NCBI GenBank assembly: GCA_041596515.1
Contig: JBFHIJ010000005.1
Location: 64,330 to 128,329, forward strand
DNA from: Chlorobiota bacterium
GTDB taxonomy: Bacteria > Bacteroidota > Ignavibacteria > Kapaibacteriales > UBA2268
Length of the DNA: 64,000 nucleotides
Direction of reading: 5' to 3'
The notes beneath the pieces are model-generated. The model was not told the origin of the DNA, ran no database searches, and was given only the letters and a program-made list of their open reading frames with translations. The translations under genes and the position numbers were made by a program. Shown here piece after piece: positions 59,241 to 64,000 of the stretch (position 1 is its first letter; each line of letters starts with the position of its first letter).

Positions 59241-59927
59241 ATGAGTTTTATTACTTCATCAGTTATTATTCCTGCTGGTGGTTCCGGTAATAGGTTTGGG
59301 TCTAAAATGCCAAAACAATTTACTGAATTGGTAGGTATACCGATTATAATCTATACCCTAAAGCAATTTTGGATATGTGATAATATTATTATTGCTTCTC
59401 ACCCTGACTGGATAGAGCATTTGCAAAGCTTAGTTTATGAGCACTCTATTCCAAATGTAAAGGCTATAGTTCCGGGTGGCAAAACTCGCCAGGAATCTGT
59501 ATATAATGCACTAAATCAGGATGTTGTCAAAGACTCTGAAGTTGTGCTTATTCATGACGCAGTTAGACCTTTTGCCAGCAAAGAGCTTATTCAAAGCATT
59601 ATGCTAAGTGCTCTCGAATATGGAGCAGCTGTACCCGGACTTACTCCAAAAGATACAATTAAGCAAATCACAAAAGAGTATATCATCAATCAAACTGTAG
59701 ACAGGAATACTCTTCAAATGGTTCAAACTCCGCAAGGATTTCGATACAAAATACTTAGAGATGCTTTCGAAAAAGCTATAGAGAATAATTTTGAAGGTAC
59801 GGACTCATCTTCCCTTGTAGAGTATTTGGGGCATACTATTAAAGTTCTTGAAGGAGAGGAAAGCAATATAAAAATTACTACTCCTCTTGATAAAATTCTA
59901 AGCGAATTTATTATCAATTCAAAATAG
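59241..59927 (+). CDS. ispD: 2-C-methyl-D-erythritol 4-phosphate cytidylyltransferase
   Basis: VIIPAGGSGNRFGSKMPKQF, VLIHDAVRPF and VQTPQGF motifs. Confidence 0.92.
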   Translation: MSFITSSVIIPAGGSGNRFGSKMPKQFTELVGIPIIIYTLKQFWICDNIIIASHPDWIEHLQSLVYEHSIPNVKAIVPGGKTRQESVYNALNQDVVKDSEVVLIHDAVRPFASKELIQSIMLSALEYGAAVPGLTPKDTIKQITKEYIINQTVDRNTLQMVQTPQGFRYKILRDAFEKAIENNFEGTDSSSLVEYLGHTIKVLEGEESNIKITTPLDKILSEFIINSK

Positions 59928-59992
59928 AGTGGTTCTGTATGTATTTCTCAGTCTTGACTTAAAAATCAACCGTTTATTAAGCTATATACAAA

Positions 59993-60019
59993 AAGAGGTT
60001 ACTTCTACAGCAACCTCTT
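59993..60019. terminator. Bidirectional terminator between ispD and the second MCP gene
   Basis: aagaggtt / aacctctt form an 8-bp stem with an 11-nt loop, flanked by aa and tttt. Confidence 0.55.
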
Positions 60020-60040
60020 TTTAGCAGTTTATTTATTACT

Positions 60041-63000
60041 TTAAAAGTCAAAACTCTCGTGCTCGCTCGGTGGTAATGATTGAGTTTCTCTTCTGTCAAG
60101 AAACGCCTGACCGGTAGACATTTTTCTGTCTATTTTGAATTTTTTCATTACTTTTTGTAGATTCTCTGTCATTTGGGCTAAAGTTTCAGATGATTGAGCT
60201 ATAGCCTCTATATTCTTGGCAGAATTAACGGCAACCTCGGAAATATTAGTAACATTTTTAGCTAATTGTTCTCCGGTGGCTGCCTGCTGTTCGGAGGAAG
60301 TGGCAATAGAATTTACCATATCCAGCACATCTTCGGAGCTTTGGACTACTTTATTTAAAGCGTCGCCTGCATTATCAGCAAGAGTAATCCCAGTTTGCAC
60401 TTCATCAGTACCTTTTTTCATTACCATCACCGCTGATTCTGTTTCTTTTTGAATACTATTAATCATATTCGATATCTGTTTTGTAGCATCCGTAGTTCTT
60501 TCAGCCAATTTTCTTACTTCATCAGCTACCACAGCAAAGCCTCTGCCTTGTTCACCGGCACGTGCAGCTTCTATAGCAGCATTAAGAGCTAATAAATTAG
60601 TTTGATCTGCAATTTCTTCAATCACTGAAATAATAGTTCCAATTTCAGTAGATGATTGACCAAGCTTTTCAATGTTTGTAGCAGATTGTTGTACAACTTC
60701 AGCAATTTCTTTCATCTTTTCAATTGTCTGGATTACTACTTGACCGCCATCCTTAGCTATTTTACCATTATTATCAGCAAAGTTCGCTGTTTTATTAGCA
60801 TTGGTGGAGTTTTCGGTAATAGTCATACTCATTTCTTCGATTGCAGATGCAATTTCTTCGACTTGTGAGCTCTGTTCGTGAGATGAAGTTGCGACGCTGT
60901 CTGATGCATTAGAGATCTCAGTCGAAGCATTAGCTACAGAAACTACAACATCATTAAGTTGGGTAAGTAAGTCAGAGAGTGACTCACCCAACGAGTTTAT
61001 GCTCTCTTTTAGTTTTTCATGATCTCCGCGATAGTTGCCTACCATACGTACTGTCATATCTCCTGAAGCTAGAACTTCCAGCACTTCGCCTGCCTCTTCG
61101 ATAGGTGCAACAACTGCATCTAAAGTCTGATTTATTCCTGATACGATATCATTCCATCTACCCGGATAGCCGGAGGTGTCTATTCTCTGTTTCAAATCGC
61201 CTTGAATAGCTTTTTCAGCACTGCCCGCTGTGTCGTCTATCAAGTTTTGTATAAAGTCTGCAAGAGTATTAATGTACTCAGCAAGACTACGGTATTCACC
61301 TTGATACTCATTGATATTCAGTTTTACTAAATCCTCACCTTTTGAGACTTTATTCAAGAAAGAAAGAGTTGTGTTGAATTCAGTTGTAAAAGCATCAATT
61401 GTGCTATTAACACCTAAAATAACATTAGCAAAATCACCATTATGTCTCTCTGCATCTGCTCTGACACTAAAATCACCACTGATTGCAGCATCTGATAGCT
61501 TTTGCGCATCTTCTACAAGTGCTCTTATGGCTTCCATCATTTTGATAAATGAAGGCGTAAGCTCATCATCAGAAGATAGTTTGCCATTTGTTTTAAGCAG
61601 CTCAAGTTTGGACAAATCGCCATTACTAATCTCTATTGCCAGACCTAAAATCCTTTCAAGTTTACCTATAGTATTTTCTATTGCATTTTGTAATTGTTTC
61701 CACTTGCCTGAATATTGGCGAGTAATTTTTACGGAAAAGTCGTTGTTTGAAATAGATTCTAAAATATGTAAACATTCGTTTATGGGCTGAGTCATGCCAA
61801 TAAACATTTGATTAATGCCTATAATAAGCTCTTTCCATCCACCGGTAAAGATGTCTTCATTGCCTCGAAAATCTAACTCACCGGCGTGAGCGGCTTCTAT
61901 CAGATTAGCTATTTCGTTGTGAATATTAGTAAGATTTGTGCGGAGTTCATTAGTTCTCTCAGTTGCAATAATCCTTTTACCCGGAAGTTCTTCCAACTCT
62001 TCAGTAAAGTTGCCGTTTGCGTAATCTGAAAGGATATCTAATATTCTCATCATCACATTTACGTGATCGCGAACAGTAGCATTTACACCTAATGCCATCT
62101 GCTGATACGCTCCTGTAAATTTGGCTTCATCTATGAAAATATCAATTTCACCTTTTGCTTGCTCTTCACTCATGTATTGCATTTCAGAGATAAATGTAGA
62201 CAAATTATTAATAAGCCCATTGATGTTTTTTTTAATCTCATTGAAATCACCGTAGAATTCTGCTGTGATTGGCTGAGGAATGTCACCTTTAGAAATTCTA
62301 TCGATGTACTGAGCAGAAATATTAATAGGCTCAGTAACAGCGTCCAAAGTTTTGTTAAATCCGCCTATTAATTGCTTGAATGCACCTTCGTAATTATCTT
62401 CATTGCCTCTTACATCCAGCTTGCCTGCCTGAGCTCCATCTATCAGACCTTGAAGCTCATTAGCCATATCTAAAATGTTATTTTTCATTCTGTTAAGATT
62501 GTTATTAGCTATAGCTTGCTTACCCGGAAGAGGTTTCAAAGTAGGTTTCATATTGCCCTTGCCATAAGCACCGAGTATGGCAAGAATTTTTTTAATATTG
62601 TTTATGTAAACGCGAACTGCATCGTTGCTACTGTGAGCCATAGATTTATAAATTCCGGAAAATCTTTCTTCGTTTATAAAATAGTCAGTGTCGCCGTTTA
62701 CTCTATGCTCGTGTATAAATTGTTCTATTTCAGTGCTATAGTTAGTGAGGTTATCAATCAGCATGTTTATGTTATTTTTAAGCTCATTAAAGTCACCATT
62801 GTAAGTAGCTGTGATTTTGGGAGGCAAATTACCCTCGGAGATTTTAGCTATGTAACCTGCTGCAGTATCTAATGGAAGAACTAAAGCATCGAGTGTGCGG
62901 TTAAAGCCACTAATCAAATCGCCAAATGCACCGGGATATTTAGACACATCTCCTCGCTTGCCCAGATTGCCTGCCTCTGCAGCTAATGTCAATTCTTTTG

Positions 63001-64000
63001 TTTCTTCTATCAGATTGCTTTGAATCGACATTAGTTTTCTAAAAGCATCCGCCAAGGCACCTAACTCATCTCTGCCCTTATAATCACATTTGATATTTAC
63101 GTTACCTGTAGAAACTGATTCTGCATATTCTCGTATCTTTTCGATAGGTTGTGAAAATGATTTGGTAAAGAAGTAGATACCTACCTGAGCAAACACCATA
63201 AAAAACAAACTGCCTAAAATAAGCTCTATAATTATATCTATAGTTGCAGCTTGGATTTCGCTTGCAGGTACGTCTATTTTTAAGAACCAAGTCTGATTAG
63301 TCTTAGAAATTACAATTGGCTGAGTAATAGTAAAAGTTTCACCGATTGTTTCTGCATAAGTTGAATCTAATAGCCTGTAACTTACTTTATTTGAATAATC
63401 TGAATAAACAGATGAGATGTTGTTCTGTATCGTCGAATCACTTGCAGAATTAGCACAGATATCACCCTCACCAGTAAATAGTGTGATATTGCCTGAGTTG
63501 TTGAAAATATTTTGTTTCGTCAATTCTTTTTGAAGATTGTCGATATTTAACCCGATAACATTGAAGGCAAGAGTTTCGCCTTTGATATGAATTGGCACTA
63601 AAACGTTTGCAGTAAAGATACTATCGCCGTTGATGTCCCTTTTTACTGTATTAGAAACAAGAATTTGTTGTGATTCAAATCCTTTTGCAATTTCTTCTTC
63701 GGTAAGAGCAGCAGTAATGTCAAATTGGCTATTACCGATATCCCCTTTAATAATGCCGGGAGAGAATCTGCCCAGAGCGGAGTCTAAGTTATCAAAAGCA
63801 TTCTCTTTCCAGTATGAGCCAACATATAAGATGTCATTATCTACGTCAGTAAAAGAGCTTAACTTTTCACTAATGGAACTTCTATTTATATCGTTAGTAA
63901 CCTTATAAGTGCTTTGGATGTCTTTAGCAGTCAGTTCTGCTACAATTATTGCCTTGTCTATAGAAGACTTTATTCTTTCGGCTTGGCTATCCGAAAGTGC
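60041..64000 (-). CDS. Methyl-accepting chemotaxis protein, paralogue of the 1418-aa MCP; 5' end outside window
   Basis: I translated the minus strand from 63598 to 64000 and found no stop ([42 protein letters not shown]...). The GTG at 63598 is therefore internal and the periplasmic sensor continues beyond the window. [28 protein letters not shown], five repeat motifs and the MCP core [40 protein letters not shown]. Confidence 0.9.
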   Translation of the reverse strand, partial: ALSDSQAERIKSSIDKAIIVAELTAKDIQSTYKVTNDINRSSISEKLSSFTDVDNDILYVGSYWKENAFDNLDSALGRFSPGIIKGDIGNSQFDITAALTEEEIAKGFESQQILVSNTVKRDINGDSIFTANVLVPIHIKGETLAFNVIGLNIDNLQKELTKQNIFNNSGNITLFTGEGDICANSASDSTIQNNISSVYSDYSNKVSYRLLDSTYAETIGETFTITQPIVISKTNQTWFLKIDVPASEIQAATIDIIIELILGSLFFMVFAQVGIYFFTKSFSQPIEKIREYAESVSTGNVNIKCDYKGRDELGALADAFRKLMSIQSNLIEETKELTLAAEAGNLGKRGDVSKYPGAFGDLISGFNRTLDALVLPLDTAAGYIAKISEGNLPPKITATYNGDFNELKNNINMLIDNLTNYSTEIEQFIHEHRVNGDTDYFINEERFSGIYKSMAHSSNDAVRVYINNIKKILAILGAYGKGNMKPTLKPLPGKQAIANNNLNRMKNNILDMANELQGLIDGAQAGKLDVRGNEDNYEGAFKQLIGGFNKTLDAVTEPINISAQYIDRISKGDIPQPITAEFYGDFNEIKKNINGLINNLSTFISEMQYMSEEQAKGEIDIFIDEAKFTGAYQQMALGVNATVRDHVNVMMRILDILSDYANGNFTEELEELPGKRIIATERTNELRTNLTNIHNEIANLIEAAHAGELDFRGNEDIFTGGWKELIIGINQMFIGMTQPINECLHILESISNNDFSVKITRQYSGKWKQLQNAIENTIGKLERILGLAIEISNGDLSKLELLKTNGKLSSDDELTPSFIKMMEAIRALVEDAQKLSDAAISGDFSVRADAERHNGDFANVILGVNSTIDAFTTEFNTTLSFLNKVSKGEDLVKLNINEYQGEYRSLAEYINTLADFIQNLIDDTAGSAEKAIQGDLKQRIDTSGYPGRWNDIVSGINQTLDAVVAPIEEAGEVLEVLASGDMTVRMVGNYRGDHEKLKESINSLGESLSDLLTQLNDVVVSVANASTEISNASDSVATSSHEQSSQVEEIASAIEEMSMTITENSTNANKTANFADNNGKIAKDGGQVVIQTIEKMKEIAEVVQQSATNIEKLGQSSTEIGTIISVIEEIADQTNLLALNAAIEAARAGEQGRGFAVVADEVRKLAERTTDATKQISNMINSIQKETESAVMVMKKGTDEVQTGITLADNAGDALNKVVQSSEDVLDMVNSIATSSEQQAATGEQLAKNVTNISEVAVNSAKNIEAIAQSSETLAQMTENLQKVMKKFKIDRKMSTGQAFLDRRETQSLPPSEHESFDF

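Noticed and set aside
63599-64000. Possible short-sensor MCP starting at GTG 63598, or a frameshifted pseudogene
   Set aside because: A first hand translation suggested stops. On re-reading the sequence, the frame is open all the way to nt 64000. The gene is simply cut by the window edge, and the ORF-track start is only the first ATG/GTG/TTG in the open frame.
1-64000. Search for CRISPR arrays, IS elements, integrases, prophage genes, rRNA and tRNA genes
   Set aside because: I found no regularly spaced repeats, no transposase-, integrase- or phage-like translations in any listed ORF, and no GC-rich cloverleaf-capable intergenic segment. By-eye scanning could miss short or degenerate elements.

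Overview
64-kb chromosomal segment of a low-GC Gram-negative bacterium. Two proteins with type IX secretion (Por) C-terminal sorting domains, a DUF1573 protein, an ECF sigma/anti-sigma pair and very large chemoreceptors suggest an FCB-group organism (Ignavibacteria/Bacteroidota-like). That placement is inference only. I can support 45 protein-coding genes, two of them truncated by the window edges. Most are housekeeping: 2-oxoacid dehydrogenase E2, purC, nuoA-nuoB, alaS, ADP-forming acetyl-CoA synthetase, dapA, dapB, PGI/PMI, rpsU, ansA, gatE-gatD, a LolD-like ABC ATPase, pheS-rplT-rpmI-infC, lysS, an S8 protease, a KamA-family radical SAM enzyme and mlaD-cobB-acpS-ispD. There are also two orphan sensor kinases and two chemoreceptors (MCPs) of more than 1,300 aa, but no response regulator or che gene in the window. 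I recognised no rRNA, tRNA, CRISPR array, transposase, integrase or phage gene. Most interesting: (i) a ~2.5-kb, clearly AT-richer three-gene cassette (Cys-rich secreted protein, 366-aa secreted protein, CxxC thioredoxin-fold protein) lies between gatD and ansA. It is bracketed by direct repeats that duplicate the last codons of gatD plus its terminator, and a (TAA)9 microsatellite sits in front of its first gene. (ii) An archaeal-type GatDE amidotransferase sits in an otherwise bacterial context. (iii) An RseA-like anti-sigma factor is fused to a C-terminal beta-barrel-like domain. (iv) A KamA-family aminomutase carries a ~240-aa N-terminal extension. (v) GC-rich hairpins with identical arms lie in the 820-nt gap upstream of alaS. 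(vi) Two paralogous chemoreceptors carry a five-fold reiterated module. All functional calls rest on motif recognition by eye; no database search was run.
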